A DNA stretch of 52,929 bases. It comes from Candidatus Altiarchaeota archaeon (lineage in GTDB: Archaea > Altiarchaeota > Altiarchaeia > IMC4 > QMZM01). Position numbers and translations under genes: made by a program. The DNA lies in assembly GCA_030609775.1 (NCBI GenBank), contig JAUWTD010000003.1:1-52929 (forward strand). Direction: 5' to 3'. The notes under the pieces were generated by a model. The model saw nothing but the letters and a program-made list of their open reading frames with translations, ran no database searches and was not told the DNA's origin. This document shows, one piece after another, positions 51,915 through 52,929 of the stretch. Within the stretch, counting starts at the first letter, position 1, and the number at the start of each line of letters is the position of its first letter.

Positions 51915-52304
51915 ATGATGCATGACTTAATAAATGATGCGATAGTAAACATAAAGAATTATGAGAGAATTGGGAAGTCCGAATGCACGGTCAGACCAAA
52001 ATCTAAACTATTGATTGAGATTTTGAAGGTATTTCAAAAAGGGGGGTATATCGGGGAATTTGAGGTATCAGACGACGGGCGTGGAGGCAGCATCAAGATA
52101 AAACTGATGAAACAGATAAATGACTGTGGCATCATCAAACCAAGAAATGCGATAAAAAAAGATGAATTTCAGCAATGGGAGCAACAATTTCTCCCGGCAC
52201 GAGACTTCGGAACGCTTATCATAAGCACACCTAAGGGGGTTATGACTCACAAAGAGGCCAAGGAGAAAGATCTTGGAGGGCGGCTGCTTGCATATGTATA
52301 CTAA
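51915..52304 (+). CDS. rps8: 30S ribosomal protein S8 (uS8)
   Basis: GYIGEFE..DDGRGG, INDCGIIKPR, LPARDFG and GGRLLAYVY. Confidence 0.97.
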   Translation: MMHDLINDAIVNIKNYERIGKSECTVRPKSKLLIEILKVFQKGGYIGEFEVSDDGRGGSIKIKLMKQINDCGIIKPRNAIKKDEFQQWEQQFLPARDFGTLIISTPKGVMTHKEAKEKDLGGRLLAYVY

Positions 52305-52309
52305 AGAAA

Positions 52310-52852
52310 ATGGCGGAAATAAAAGCAGAGATAGAAATAATCGACGGAGTCGACATCGAAATCAAAGACAATAAAATAACCGCTAAAGGCAAGCTTGGTG
52401 AACTAATCCGGGAATTCCCTGCCGAAAAGTTAAAGATTACTAAAAACGATAACACAATCATTTTAATTGTTTCTTCAGATAAGAGAAAACAAAGAGCACT
52501 TCTCGGAACATGGAGAGGTCACATACAAAATATGGTCAACGGTGTTTTTGAAGGATTCACATACAAACTAAAAATAGTGTACTCTCATTTTCCAATGACT
52601 GTTAAGACTCAAGGAGATATAATATTGATAGAAAATTTTTTAGGTGAACGATTCCCAAGGAAGACAAAAATAATTAAAAACGTTTCCGTAGACATAAATG
52701 GTCAAGAGATTACGGTGAGCGGAGTCGATAAAGAAAGTGTATCCCAGACTGCTGCTAATATGGAGCAGGTTACGCGTATACGCCGACTTGATCCGCGGGT
52801 ATTCCAAGACGGAATCTATATAATAGAGAAAGATGGCAAAGAAATCAACTGA
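52310..52852 (+). CDS. rpl6: 50S ribosomal protein L6 (uL6)
   Basis: GFTYKLKIVYSHFPM, NFLGE and DPRVFQDGIYI. Confidence 0.97.
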   Translation: MAEIKAEIEIIDGVDIEIKDNKITAKGKLGELIREFPAEKLKITKNDNTIILIVSSDKRKQRALLGTWRGHIQNMVNGVFEGFTYKLKIVYSHFPMTVKTQGDIILIENFLGERFPRKTKIIKNVSVDINGQEITVSGVDKESVSQTAANMEQVTRIRRLDPRVFQDGIYIIEKDGKEIN

Positions 52853-52929
52853 AACCTCTGATGCAAAAAAGAAAACAAAAGAGGTAAAAAAACCTGTTGC
52901 AGAGAAGACTGTCACAGGAAAAGAAAAGG
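52833..52929 (+). CDS. 5' fragment of the next gene (Lys-rich N-terminus); L32e by operon position
   Basis: ATG 52833 opens MAKKSTETSDAKKKTKEVKK..., open to the window end. The identity is inferred only from the usual S8-L6-L32e order. Confidence 0.45.
   Translation, partial: MAKKSTETSDAKKKTKEVKKPVAEKTVTGKEK

Overview
A gene-dense archaeal chromosomal segment, AT-rich, read with the standard code 11. It looks like a free-living-type archaeon with biosynthetic genes (thiC, carB, hom, aroA'). An Altiarchaeota-like or methanogen-related origin is plausible but is only an inference. Core content: the rpoH-rpoB(unsplit)-rpoA1-rpoA2-L30e-nusA-S12 cluster, followed unusually by S8-L6 instead of S7. 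Also present are aIF-5A, S17e, L40e (missed by the ORF track), gatC, a NOG1 GTPase, an e-MtaB tRNA methylthiotransferase, three tRNAs (Arg-GCG with a 51-nt BHB intron, Gly-GCC, initiator Met) and an RHH-led preQ0 operon (queD-queC-queE-folE2/mptA). A large surface and glycosylation component includes a WbpD/E/B/A-like di-N-acetyl-uronic sugar pathway, GlmU, an AglH/GPT-like transferase, GT2/GT4/GT-C enzymes, several secreted repeat proteins, and a Tad-type type IV pilus locus with two tandem class III pilins interrupted by a membrane-anchored NERD nuclease. I found no CRISPR array, integrase or transposase. Best leads: (1) the pilus locus with its NERD nuclease and the OB-fold/solo-Cas4/transglutaminase operon, as a possible DNA uptake or processing system; (2) a repeat- and hairpin-rich non-coding block after tRNA-iMet that coincides with a strand-composition flip; (3) the S12-to-S8 operon rearrangement; (4) an S-layer-like protein/GT-C/GT2 module and a membrane-associated B12 radical SAM enzyme. 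All functional calls come from recognising motifs by eye; no database searches were run.
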